A DNA stretch of 25,155 nt, taken from positions 1 to 25,155 of the forward strand of contig JAJYAB010000001.1 in assembly GCA_021779775.1 (NCBI GenBank), read 5' to 3'. The notes beneath the pieces were generated by a model. That model made no database searches, was not told where the DNA came from, and was given only the letters and a program-made list of their open reading frames with translations. Origin of the DNA: Actinomycetes bacterium (GTDB lineage: Bacteria > Actinomycetota > Acidimicrobiia > Acidimicrobiales > UBA8190). The translations under genes and the position numbers were made by a program. Every line of letters begins with the position of its first letter. The stretch's first letter is position 1. Positions 1 through 8,862 of this stretch are shown piece after piece.

Positions 1-759
1 CCGCTCGTCATGTTGACCGCCTACGACACCCCTGGTGCCCGGATCGCCGATGCTGCAGGTGTCGACATCATCTTGGTCGGGGACTCGCTGGCCAACGTGG
101 TCCTGGGTCATGACGACACCCTGCACGTCGATGTCGGCGTCATGGTCCACCACGTCGGGGCGGTGGCGCGGTCCCGGCCGTCGGCCCTTGTCGTTGCCGA
201 CATGCCATGGCTGAGCTACCACCTGTCCACGGAGGACGCCGTTCGCAACGCTGGTGCGCTGGTGCGAGCCGGAGCCGGGGCAGTCAAGCTCGAGGGAGGA
301 GCGCGGCGGGCCCCCGTCGTAGAGGCGCTGGTGGGTGCCGAGATCCCGGTCATGGGTCATCTCGGCCTGACGCCGCAGTCCGTGCACACCATGGGCGGCT
401 ACAAGGTGCAGGCGAAGGAGCAAGCCGCAGCCGAGGCGCTTCTTCTCGATGCCAAGGCGCTCGCTGGCGCGGGGTGCTTCGCCGTCGTCCTCGAAGGTGT
501 GCCGGACGTGGTGGCGGCCCGGGTCACCGACGTGCTCGACATCCCGACGATCGGCATCGGCGCGGGAGGGTCCTGCGACGGCCAGGTCCTGGTGTTCCAC
601 GACCTACTGGGGCTGACCCAGGGCAGAGCCCCGAAATTCGTCCGGCGCTACGCAGATCTCCACGGCACCGCGGTAGCGGCGGTAGGCGCGTGGGCGGCGG
701 ACGTCCGTGCCGGCACGTTCCCGTCGGACGGCGAGACATACCACCTCCCGGCTCGCTGA
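1..759 (+). CDS. panB: 3-methyl-2-oxobutanoate hydroxymethyltransferase (5'-truncated at window edge)
   Basis: Motifs MLTAYD, ILVGDSL, VVADMP, AVKLEGG, MGHLGLTPQS, TIGIGAG, DGQVLVFHDLLG. The frame is open from base 1 (PLV-MLTAYD), so the true start is probably upstream of the window. Confidence 0.96.
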   Translation, partial: PLVMLTAYDTPGARIADAAGVDIILVGDSLANVVLGHDDTLHVDVGVMVHHVGAVARSRPSALVVADMPWLSYHLSTEDAVRNAGALVRAGAGAVKLEGGARRAPVVEALVGAEIPVMGHLGLTPQSVHTMGGYKVQAKEQAAAEALLLDAKALAGAGCFAVVLEGVPDVVAARVTDVLDIPTIGIGAGGSCDGQVLVFHDLLGLTQGRAPKFVRRYADLHGTAVAAVGAWAADVRAGTFPSDGETYHLPAR

Positions 760-816
760 TCGAACAGCCCGGCGAGGTCGGTCCTGCCGCCCGGGCGCCC
801 ACGAGCGGGGGTCGGC

Positions 817-822
817 TACCAT
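817..822 (+). promoter_or_regulatory. possible -10 element (TACCAT) for the rpsF operon
   Basis: TAnnnT hexamer about 100 nt upstream of rpsF; no convincing -35. Confidence 0.3.
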
Positions 823-864
823 GGCGGCATCGCGTGCGGTCACTGCATCGCCGCCAGACGAGTA

Positions 865-920
865 AACCCTGCTCCGCGCCTGCGGGGCCCCGGTGTGACC
901 GGGTCCGGAGGGAGGTGAGC
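865..920 (+). promoter_or_regulatory. putative S6:S18 autoregulatory mRNA leader
   Basis: Directly 5' of rpsF. ACCCTGCTCC (866-875) can pair with GGAGGGAGGT (907-916), which contains the SD, and encloses the hairpins CCGC-GCCT-GCGG and GGGCCC(C)GGT-GTG-ACCGGGTCC. This matches the expected position and layout of the known S6:S18 leader. Confidence 0.45.
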
Positions 921-925
921 CGCCA

Positions 926-1288
926 GTGCGGCCTTACGAGACGATGATCATCTTCGACGCCGAGGCGGAGGACACCGCGGTCAACGCCGTGCTCACCAAG
1001 GCGCTCGACGTGGTGAAGACCAATGGTGGCGCCCCCGGTGCCGTCGACCGGTGGGGGAAGCGGGCGTTCGCCTACGAGATGCGTAAGAAGCGTGAGGGCT
1101 ATTACGTGGTTGCCGAGTTTGCCGCGGAGCCGGCTGCTTCCGCAGAGCTCGACCGGTTCTTGACCCTGGCCGACGAGGTCTTGCGCCATACGACCGTCCG
1201 CTTGCCGGACAAGGTCGCCGGCCGTTCACGGACGAAGGCGCGGGCTCCCGGACCGGCGACGACCGCCAGTCCGGCCGCCGCTGACTGA
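926..1288 (+). CDS. rpsF: 30S ribosomal protein S6
   Basis: MRPYETMIIFD, WGKRAFAYEMRKKREGYY, DEVLRH; GTG start with SD GGAGGTGA at 911-918; canonical rpsF-ssb-rpsR-rplI order. Confidence 0.97.
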   Translation: MRPYETMIIFDAEAEDTAVNAVLTKALDVVKTNGGAPGAVDRWGKRAFAYEMRKKREGYYVVAEFAAEPAASAELDRFLTLADEVLRHTTVRLPDKVAGRSRTKARAPGPATTASPAAAD

Positions 1289-1300
1289 GGAGGAGCAACC

Positions 1301-1765
1301 ATGACCACTGGCAACACCGTGACCCTGGTGGGCAACATCACGCGGGACCCAGAGCTTCGCTTCACCTCGAGCGGCCAGGCGACGGCGACGTTCGGCTTGG
1401 CTGTCAATCGCCGCTGGCAGAACCGCCAGACCCAGGAGTGGGAAGAGGCGACGTCGTTCTTCGATGTGGTCTGTTGGCGAGAGATGGCGGAGAACGCGGC
1501 GGAGAGCCTCGTCCGAGGAGCGCGTGTCATGGTCACCGGCCGGCTGGACCAGCGTTCGTGGGAGAACGCCGACGGCGACAAGCGGTCGAAGATCGAGGTG
1601 GTGGCCGATGAGATCGGGCCAAGCCTGCGTTGGGCCACCGCCCAGGTGACGAAGAACGAGCGGCGCGGTCCGACCGACGCTGCGGCATCCCCCCCCACCC
1701 CGGTCCCGGCGCGACCGACGGCCGACCAGTCCGCGGGGTACGGCTACGACGAGGAGCCTTTCTGA
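1301..1765 (+). CDS. ssb: single-stranded DNA-binding protein
   Basis: VTLVGNITRDPELRFT OB-fold start, AENAAESL.RG.RV.V.GRL, acidic tip DEEPF; SD GAGGAGGAG. Confidence 0.98.
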   Translation: MTTGNTVTLVGNITRDPELRFTSSGQATATFGLAVNRRWQNRQTQEWEEATSFFDVVCWREMAENAAESLVRGARVMVTGRLDQRSWENADGDKRSKIEVVADEIGPSLRWATAQVTKNERRGPTDAAASPPTPVPARPTADQSAGYGYDEEPF

Positions 1766-1768
1766 GCC

Positions 1769-2236
1769 ATGGCGCGCAACACTGAGCGACAGACGAGCAG
1801 GCGCAGCCCCAAGGATGCGGCGCGCAGGACGAAGAAGAAGCCCTGCGCGCCGTGTCGCGACAAGATGGAGTGGGTCGACTACAAAGACGTCGGCTTCCTC
1901 CGCAAGTACGTGAGCGATCGGGGAAAGATCCGGGCGCGCCGCGTCACCGGGAACTGCGCCCAGCACCAGAGCATGATCGCCCTGGCCATCAAGACAGCGC
2001 GTGAGCTGGCCCTGCTGCCCTACACCCAGCGAACGGTGACCGAGCGTTCCGGTGGCCGAGGCGGTGGCCGAGGCGGTGGCCGAGGCGGGGATCGGGGCGG
2101 GGATCGAGGTCCTCGCCGCGAAGAGACTCGCGAGTCGGCTCCGCCACCCGATGCCGTTGCACCGTCGCCGGCTGACGGCTTCGCCGGCGCGCTGGAGCCA
2201 GCCGGCACCTCGGACATCGAAGGTGGCGGGTCCTGA
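1769..2236 (+). CDS. rpsR: 30S ribosomal protein S18 (Zn-binding CxxC/CxxH form) with a ~70 aa C-terminal extension
   Basis: [51 protein letters not shown], followed by an RGG-rich and then acidic/Pro-rich tail. Confidence 0.96.
   Translation: MARNTERQTSRRSPKDAARRTKKKPCAPCRDKMEWVDYKDVGFLRKYVSDRGKIRARRVTGNCAQHQSMIALAIKTARELALLPYTQRTVTERSGGRGGGRGGGRGGDRGGDRGPRREETRESAPPPDAVAPSPADGFAGALEPAGTSDIEGGGS
2051..2110 (+). repeat. 12-bp in-frame tandem repeat encoding (GGRG)3(GDRG)2
   Basis: ggtggccgaggc x3 (2051-2086) followed by ggggatcggggc and ggggatcgaggt. Confidence 0.9.
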
Positions 2237-2682
2237 TGCGGGTCCTGCTGCGCAACGAGGTGCAGGGTGTGGGCAAGCGCGGTGATCTCGTCGAGGTGGC
2301 CCGCGGCTTCGCCCGGAATTACCTGTTGCCGACCGGTCAGGCAGTCGAGGCTTCACCTGGGATAGCGACCCAGGCACAGGCCATGCGGCGGGCCCGTGAC
2401 CTGCGAGATGCCAAGGACCGGGAAGCGGCCGAATCGGTGGCCACAGTCATCGCCGGCCGCACCTTGGCCATCACCGCCCGGGCCGGCATGGAGGGCAAGC
2501 TCTTCGGATCGGTCACCACCGCCGACATCGCCCAGGCGCTCGAGGAGCAGTTCGGTGCCACGGTCGAGCGCCGCCGGATCGTCTTGGACGAGCCGATCAA
2601 GGCGTTGGGCACCCATCCGGTGCCGGTAAAGCTCCACACCGACGTGGCCACCGAGGTGATGGTCGAGGTCATCGCCTCCTGA
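2236..2682 (+). CDS. rplI: 50S ribosomal protein L9
   Basis: [47 protein letters not shown]; TGATG overlap with rpsR. Confidence 0.98.
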   Translation: MRVLLRNEVQGVGKRGDLVEVARGFARNYLLPTGQAVEASPGIATQAQAMRRARDLRDAKDREAAESVATVIAGRTLAITARAGMEGKLFGSVTTADIAQALEEQFGATVERRRIVLDEPIKALGTHPVPVKLHTDVATEVMVEVIAS

Positions 2683-2769
2683 GCTTGGGGGCCGGCGGAT
2701 CCCCCGTCACCGACACAGCGGCCGTCTACCGTTGCTACGTGCCGACCTGTGCCGACGTGAAGTTGGGAG

Positions 2770-2805
2770 CGATCATCGCGGTGCTCCGATCATCGCGGTG
2801 CTCCG
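2770..2805. repeat. 17-bp tandem duplication in the rplI-dnaB intergenic region
   Basis: cgatcatcgcggtgctc x2 (2770-2786, 2787-2803). Confidence 0.9.
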
Positions 2806-2819
2806 GGCCCTGCGCGTGG

Positions 2820-2840
2820 TCATCCACAGGGCCGTCCACG
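2820..2840 (+). promoter_or_regulatory. putative DnaA boxes upstream of dnaB
   Basis: TCATCCACA (2820-2828; 1 mismatch to TTATCCACA) and a weaker CCGTCCACG (2832-2840), separated by 3 nt. Confidence 0.4.
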
Positions 2841-2901
2841 GGCAATACCCAGGTTGCTCCTCTAGCGCTCCCCAGGGCAAGCGGGTGAGGGTGGGAGTAC
2901 C

Positions 2902-4269
2902 ATGACTCAGGCATTGAACGACTCGCCTCCCCGGCCGCAGTCCGTGGGAGGAAGGGTTCCTCCCCACGATCTCGACGCAGAGGAGTCCGTGCTCGGCGCC
3001 ATGCTCTTGTCGCGCGATGCCATCGCCGCTGCCGTCGAGTGCTGCACCGCCGACGACTTCTACAAGCCGGCGCATGCCCACGTGTTCGGTGCGATCACCT
3101 CGCTGTACACGAAGGGGGAGCCGGCCGATCCGGTGACGGTGGCCGACGAGCTGCGCCGCAGCGGCGTGCTCGATGCCGTCGGTGAAGCGTCGATGTTGAT
3201 ATCGCTGCAGGTCAATACGCCTTCGACAGCCAACGCAGCGCACTACGCCCGCATCGTTGAGGAGCATGCGCTGCTCCGGCGCCTGGTGGCAGTAGCCGGA
3301 GAGATCGCGGAGATGGGCTACACGGTGCCCGAAGACGTCACCGCAGTGGTCGACCGTGCGGAGACCTTGGTGTTCGAGGTTGCCCAGCGGCGGGTGGTCG
3401 ACACGATGTCCCCGCTGCGGGACCTCCTGGCCCAGAGCCTCGACCACCTCGAGCACCTCTACGAGCGCGGTGACACCATCACCGGGGTTCCGACTGGGTA
3501 CACCGACCTCGACGAAAAGCTGGCAGGGCTGCAACCATCGAACCTGGTGGTGGTGGGTGCCCGGCCTGCCATGGGCAAGACGAGCTTCGCCCTTGGCATC
3601 GTCAACCACGCGGCGATGAAGAGCCGGAAGCCCGTCCTGCTCTTCTCGCTCGAGATGAGCCATCTCGAGCTGACCTCGCGCATGCTGTGCTCCGAAGCCC
3701 GCATCGATGCGACGCGGATGCGCAACGGGCGCCTCCTCGAGTCCGACTGGCCGAAGATCTCGGACGCCATCGGCCGCTTAGGGGATGCGCCCATCTTCAT
3801 CGACGACAATCCCAACATCACTGTCATGGACATCCGGGCGAAGGCCCGGCGCCTCATGGCCCGCGAGGGCCTCGGGCTGGTGGTGGTCGACTATCTCCAG
3901 CTGATGAGCGGGCACGGCAGGGGACGTCCCGAGAACCGGCAGGTCGAGATCTCGGAGATCAGCCGCGGCCTGAAGATCCGGGCTCGCGAGCTGAACGTCC
4001 CGGTCATCGCCTTGTCGCAGCTGTCGCGCAACCTCGAGATGCGTCAGGACAAGCGTCCGGTCCTGGCAGACCTCCGTGAGTCCGGGGCCATCGAGCAGGA
4101 TGCCGACGTCGTGCTCTTCATCTACCGCGACGAGATCTACCACCCTGAGTCCACGGAGCGGGGAACGGCCGAGATCATCATCGCCAAGCACCGAAATGGG
4201 CCGGTGGGTGTCACCCAGCTGGCCTTTGTCGACCACTACACCCGGTTTGCCAACATGGCGAGGGTGTGA
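2902..4269 (+). CDS. dnaB: replicative DNA helicase (intein-free)
   Basis: PPHDLDAEESVLGAML, ARPAMGKT (Walker A), FSLEMS, VVDYLQLM, ALSQLSR, DLRESGAIEQDAD, AKHRNGP. Confidence 0.98.
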   Translation: MTQALNDSPPRPQSVGGRVPPHDLDAEESVLGAMLLSRDAIAAAVECCTADDFYKPAHAHVFGAITSLYTKGEPADPVTVADELRRSGVLDAVGEASMLISLQVNTPSTANAAHYARIVEEHALLRRLVAVAGEIAEMGYTVPEDVTAVVDRAETLVFEVAQRRVVDTMSPLRDLLAQSLDHLEHLYERGDTITGVPTGYTDLDEKLAGLQPSNLVVVGARPAMGKTSFALGIVNHAAMKSRKPVLLFSLEMSHLELTSRMLCSEARIDATRMRNGRLLESDWPKISDAIGRLGDAPIFIDDNPNITVMDIRAKARRLMAREGLGLVVVDYLQLMSGHGRGRPENRQVEISEISRGLKIRARELNVPVIALSQLSRNLEMRQDKRPVLADLRESGAIEQDADVVLFIYRDEIYHPESTERGTAEIIIAKHRNGPVGVTQLAFVDHYTRFANMARV

Positions 4270-4401
4270 CGAGCCAACCCTGGCGCTCGCGCAGGCAGGA
4301 CTGGGGTGTTGGCCCAATGTCGGCACCACGGTGACCGCTGCTGGGCGTCCGAGCCGTGGGGTCCCCCTCACCGGTACATCGTGTCGGTACCGTGCGACGA
4401 C

Positions 4402-6270
4402 ATGGCTCTGGAAGTCCTTGCCCCGGCGGGCCACGTCCTGCGAGGTCTCGACGAGGCGCAGCGGGCGTGTGTGGTGCACCCGCCCGGTCCTCTGGCCGTC
4501 GTTGCCGGCCCAGGGTCTGGAAAGACACGCGTGCTCACGGACCGGGTTGCTTACCGGGTCCTCACGGGAACCGCAGAAGCGCGCCGGACCATGGTGCTCA
4601 CCTTCACCCGCAGAGCCGCCGGGGAGCTCACTTCGCGGCTGAGGCGGCTTGACGTCGAAGGAGCGTGGTGCAGCACGCTCCATTCCATGGCCCGAACGCT
4701 CCTGGAGCGCTTCTGGGCCGACCACGACGTGCCTCGCCGGGTGCTGACGCAGAACCCGATCCGCCTGATGGAGGAAGCCCTTTCGGACGGGGCCATCACG
4801 CTTTGCGCGGGGGTTGTGCGTCGAGAGCTCGAGTGGGCGAGGCCACGAGCCATCACCGCCGCTGCCTACGTCGACGCAGTCCATCGAAGCCGCCGGCACG
4901 TCGGAGCGCCCGCCGAGGCCGTCGCCGCTGCGCTGGCCCATTACGAGCGGTACAAGCAGCGTCGCCGGGTGATGGAGCTCGACGACCTGCTGCCCGAGCT
5001 CCTCGGAGCGTTCGAGCACCCTGCCTTCGCCGAACCGATCCGCTGGAGGTTCCGCCACTTCTGTGTTGACGAAGCGCAAGATCTCAGCCGGGCGCAATGG
5101 CGGGTCCTTCGGGCGCTCCTCGGCGACGGAGACGATCTCTGCATGGTGGGGGACGCCGACCAGACGATCTACCAGTGGAACGGCGCCGACCCCCGGTACC
5201 TAGAGGGGTTCCTGAGAATCTTCCCGAACGCCGCTCTCCTGGAGCTGCACACCAACTACCGATCGGCTCGGTCGATCGTCGTGGCAGCCCACAGCCTTCT
5301 CGACAAGACCGCGCCGACACCCGTGGGGGCTGGTACCCCCGGCAGTGTCCGTCTCGACGTCTACGACGACGAGGACGCAGAAGCCCGGGCCGTCGTCTGG
5401 CGTATCCGGCAGCTCCGGGCCAAGGGAACCGGCCTGTCACGGATCGCCGTGCTCGCCCGCACCCATCGCACACTTGAGGTGGTCGAGCGCCAGCTCCGCG
5501 TTATCGGTGTCCCTGTCCGCACCGGCAGGAACCTGCTCGACGAGCCGGAGATCCGCAGAGCGCTCCGGGAGGTACGTACCCTGCGCGCAGACCAGTCGGC
5601 CAGCGCCACCCTCGCCGACCTCCAAGAGATCGTCGCCGCCATCCTGGCGGAGCTCCGTGGCGCGGCCCTTGCCGATGCCGGTGAAGACCTCTCGCTGCCA
5701 CCGGCCCCGGTCCACGGATACGCCGCCGAGCGCCTCGGCCAGCTCGTGGAGCTCGTACGCGAATGGGCGACCGAGCTGCCGAGCTCCCAGGCCCGCTACC
5801 TGCCCGACTGGCTCAGCTCCACGACCCGAGCCCGCGGCGGAGACCCCGGCCAGCCACAGGTCGGGGTGGAATTGGCGACGTTCCACCGGGCCAAGGGACT
5901 GCAGTGGGAGGACGTCTTCGTCGTCGGACTGGAAGATGGCCTCGTACCTCTCGAACATACGGACAACAGCGAAGAAGAGCGCCGCCTCCTCTACGTCGCC
6001 CTCACCCGGGCCGAGCGAACCCTGTCTTGCTCGTGGGCACGGAGCCGGAAGGTAGCCGGCGTACGCCTGGCCAACCAGCCGTCGCCCTGGCTTGCGGCCA
6101 TCGACGGACCACATGCCGACATCGACGGCGACGGCGCCACATCCCAGGCCCAGACCGCGGGCGCTCTGGTCATCGCCCAGATCCGAGCGACGCTGCTTCG
6201 TCCGCCGGTCACCCCCTCAGGTTCGGTGCCGGGTGCAGCACCCCCCGGAGGTGCGCTTCGAGATATCTGA
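4402..6270 (+). CDS. UvrD/Rep/PcrA-family SF1 DNA helicase (622 aa; no obvious C-terminal HRDC domain)
   Basis: AGPGSGKT, TFTRRAA, DEAQD, VGDADQTIYQWNGA, NYRS, TFHRAKGLQW, EERRLLYVALTRA. Start moved to ATG 4402, just before the LDEAQ Q-motif; TACCGT lies at 4388-4393. Confidence 0.9.
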   Translation: MALEVLAPAGHVLRGLDEAQRACVVHPPGPLAVVAGPGSGKTRVLTDRVAYRVLTGTAEARRTMVLTFTRRAAGELTSRLRRLDVEGAWCSTLHSMARTLLERFWADHDVPRRVLTQNPIRLMEEALSDGAITLCAGVVRRELEWARPRAITAAAYVDAVHRSRRHVGAPAEAVAAALAHYERYKQRRRVMELDDLLPELLGAFEHPAFAEPIRWRFRHFCVDEAQDLSRAQWRVLRALLGDGDDLCMVGDADQTIYQWNGADPRYLEGFLRIFPNAALLELHTNYRSARSIVVAAHSLLDKTAPTPVGAGTPGSVRLDVYDDEDAEARAVVWRIRQLRAKGTGLSRIAVLARTHRTLEVVERQLRVIGVPVRTGRNLLDEPEIRRALREVRTLRADQSASATLADLQEIVAAILAELRGAALADAGEDLSLPPAPVHGYAAERLGQLVELVREWATELPSSQARYLPDWLSSTTRARGGDPGQPQVGVELATFHRAKGLQWEDVFVVGLEDGLVPLEHTDNSEEERRLLYVALTRAERTLSCSWARSRKVAGVRLANQPSPWLAAIDGPHADIDGDGATSQAQTAGALVIAQIRATLLRPPVTPSGSVPGAAPPGGALRDI

Positions 6271-6291
6271 GCGGAGCGCCTGGCGACCGGG

Positions 6292-7026
6292 TCAGGTCCC
6301 TGTCGCGACATCGTCCACGATGGTCCCGTCGCGCAGTCGGATTCGGCGCCGGGCGCGTGTTGCCACGCCTTCGTCGTGGGTGGCTACCACGATCGTGACG
6401 GGATGCTCGTCGTCCTGCAGTTCGCTCAGGATACGCATGATCTCCGCCGCGTTGGCAGAGTCGAGGTTGCCTGTCGGCTCGTCGGCCACGATGACCTGTG
6501 GCCGATTGGCCAGGGCTCGGGCGATGGCCACCCGCTGCTGCTCGCCTCCGGACAGGCGCGATGGGAGATGGTCGGTGCGGTGCTCGAGGCCCACCTGCTC
6601 GAGCAACGATCTGGCCCGCTCGCGCCGCTCCGCCCGCGCGGTGCCGAGCGCCACCATGGCTACGGCCACGTTGTCAGCGGCCGTGAGGGTGGGGACCAGG
6701 TTGAACTGCTGGAACACGAACCCGATCCGCTCCGCCCGCATCCGAGTGAGCGCGGCGTCCCCCGCCCGGTCGAGCCGCTGTCCGTCGAAGCAGATCGAAC
6801 CGGCGGTAGGAACCTCCAGCGCACCGAGGAGGAGTAACAAGGTGCTCTTGCCTGAGCCACTCGGCCCTTCGATCGAAAGGAAGTCTCCGCTGGGGACGTC
6901 GAGATTCACGCCGTGGAGCGCCACCACTGGGGCGCTGCCTCGTTGGTAGCGGCGCTCCACGCCGCGCAGCTCGAACAAGACGCCTGGCGCGGTGGCCTGA
7001 CGGTCGGTTTCGTTCGGTTCTTCCAT
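6292..7026 (-). CDS. ABC transporter ATP-binding protein (LolD/MacB-like)
   Basis: GPSGSGKST, IGFVFQQFNL, LSGGEQQRVAIARAL, ADEPTGNLD, VATHD; SD GGAGGAG. Confidence 0.95.
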   Translation of the reverse strand: MEEPNETDRQATAPGVLFELRGVERRYQRGSAPVVALHGVNLDVPSGDFLSIEGPSGSGKSTLLLLLGALEVPTAGSICFDGQRLDRAGDAALTRMRAERIGFVFQQFNLVPTLTAADNVAVAMVALGTARAERRERARSLLEQVGLEHRTDHLPSRLSGGEQQRVAIARALANRPQVIVADEPTGNLDSANAAEIMRILSELQDDEHPVTIVVATHDEGVATRARRRIRLRDGTIVDDVATGT

Positions 7027-7067
7027 GGGTGGTCTCCTCCGGAGTGGGTGCTGGCGGTCCGTGCCGC

Positions 7068-8744
7068 TCCGCCGAGGTCGCGCAAGGCGGATGCCGGAGC
7101 GAGTCGAGCGGCGCGCCAGCCGCCGGCGGCTCCGGCGATGGCCCCTCCCACGAGCGCTGCGGCTACACCCACGCCGATAGCAGCTGCGCTGACCGGGGCT
7201 GGCAGATGGATGACGTGGTGGACGGTGGCGGTGATGGACTGGTGAAACAGGTTCGATGCCGTTGAAGCACCGACGGCCAATCCTGAGGTCGTCGCGGTCA
7301 AGCCCGGGCCCACAGCCCCGATCACCGCACAGGCGGCAAAGCCGACGGCTACCCCGACGACGGCGCCCACGATGCCGATAGTCAAGGTCTCCGCCATGAT
7401 CTGGCGCATCACCCTTCTTCGTGACCAGCCGAGGGCCCGGAGGGTGCCGATCTCGCGCATCCGCTTGGCGATGTTGGACAAGGTGAGAAGCGCCGTGACG
7501 AGGAATGCCGCCAGCAGCCCGATGACGGCCAATGACCCGCCGAGTGGGTCGACAACGTACGAGCGTTCGAGAGGCTTCCGCTGACCTGGTCAGCTAGGGA
7601 CTTCGCCGTGAGGACCTGTGCGCCGGGGAGCTCGTGCCGGATGGCGGCCGCAACGTCGCCGACCTTGGCGGCGTTCGTCACCTTGACCAGGACCTCGTTG
7701 ACCCGTCCGCTGTCGTTGGCCAGTGATTGCAGGGTCGGCAGGCTGAAGTAGAGGTCGGCGGTGTCACCTGTCAACGTCGGATTGACGAGGCCGGCCACCG
7801 TGAAGCGCTGCGAGTCGACCGTGAGGATCTGTCCTGCTGTGATGTGCTGCGTGCTGGCGTAGGCCGTGTCGACGAGCACCTCGGTCGACGCTGTGGTGCC
7901 GAACCATGTGCCCTTCGCCAATTGAGCCTTCGTGATCAGCCCGGACGCGGGGTGGGAGGTATCCACGCCGGCCTACGAAGCCGGCAGGCAGGATATGTAG
8001 GCTGAGCTGAAGCGGGTTGGGTTTCCGCCGGGCGCCGTGCGGGTGCCACGGGCGCCACCGCCACCACCGAACGACAGCCCCTGGGCCTGCAAGCAGGCAG
8101 CCACCTGCTGGCGCTCGGCAGTCGTCATCGGAGGTGGTTTCGATATGACGTTCAGCGATTGTCCGCCAGTTTGCACCGTATCGGTCAAGGTCGGGACGGT
8201 TCCCGTCTCGTGCACTGCCTGGAGCGACAATGCCGACACGGCTGATGCCACGCCCTTCATCTTGGCGATGTCCGACGTCGCCACTTCAGGGAATGCGATG
8301 AGCGTCCCCGGGACCAGGAAGTCGCAGGTGAACCGCGTCCCGGCGGGTCCCAGCATGGACAGATCGGTGATGATCGAGGAGTTCGCTTGCAGCAATGCCT
8401 GCCGGTCACGGGCGTTGAGCTGCGCGATCTGGTTCGCCCCGCCCCGCCACTCCTGCGCCGAAGAACCCACCTGTGCCGCCGCCCGGTCCTGCCGGTGCAG
8501 CCGGCGACGCGCTCGTGGGCGTACCGGACGACGTCGCCGTCGTGGCGCCTACCGTCCGGGTGACGATGATGTCGGTGCCGACGGACGACAGGGGTGACAG
8601 CACCCGGTTCTGGGCAGCGGTCAGACCATCGGACACCCCGATGACTGCCATCACCAGCGTGACCCCTGCAGCCAAGCCCGCTGCCATGACGGCGGTGCGG
8701 CCCCAACGCCGCCGTAGCTCTCCCCATACCTACCCCAGCACCAT
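7068..8744 (-). pseudogene. FtsX/MacB-type ABC permease, disrupted
   Basis: Reconstructed as ATG 8744 MVLG*VWGELRRRWGRTAVMAAGL (TAG at 8732-8730); frameshift near 8440; in-frame TAG at 7975-7973 (CLPAS*AGVDT); -1 frameshift near 7553; FtsX motif KRMREIGTLRALGWS; probable lost stop (GGA at 7070-7068), so the last frame reads to 6906. Confidence 0.8.
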
Positions 8745-8765
8745 GGCCCACCTCGCTTTGTCCAG

Positions 8766-8792
8766 TGACGAGGGGACAGTACGAAACGTTCC
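8766..8792 (-). promoter_or_regulatory. putative ECF sigma promoter for the ABC permease/ATPase
   Basis: GGAAC (8792-8788), a 17-nt spacer and CGTCA (8770-8766), ending 21 nt upstream of the permease ATG. Confidence 0.5.
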
Positions 8793-8862
8793 TGTCAGCC
8801 ACTTATGGAACCGAGCGACGCGGCGCTCCCGGCCGGCATCGACGTGGGAGTCGTCGAGGGGG

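Noticed and set aside
2685-2888. 67 aa ORF between rplI and dnaB
   Set aside because: TTG start with no SD; it runs through the repeats and DnaA-box-like motifs and has no protein-like features.
3979-3981. DnaB Arg (CGG) at a normally hydrophobic position (LKI-R-ARE)
   Set aside because: It is a single CTG>CGG-type change that may be a base-call error, and it cannot be interpreted without reads.
3560-4110. Intein in dnaB
   Set aside because: The P-loop and RESG insertion sites are uninterrupted and the protein is a normal 455 aa.
7973-8732. Two in-frame TAG codons in the permease read as amber recoding (pyrrolysine or readthrough)
   Set aside because: The same gene also has two frameshifts, TAG is a normal stop elsewhere in the window (13034-13036), and no pyl genes are present.
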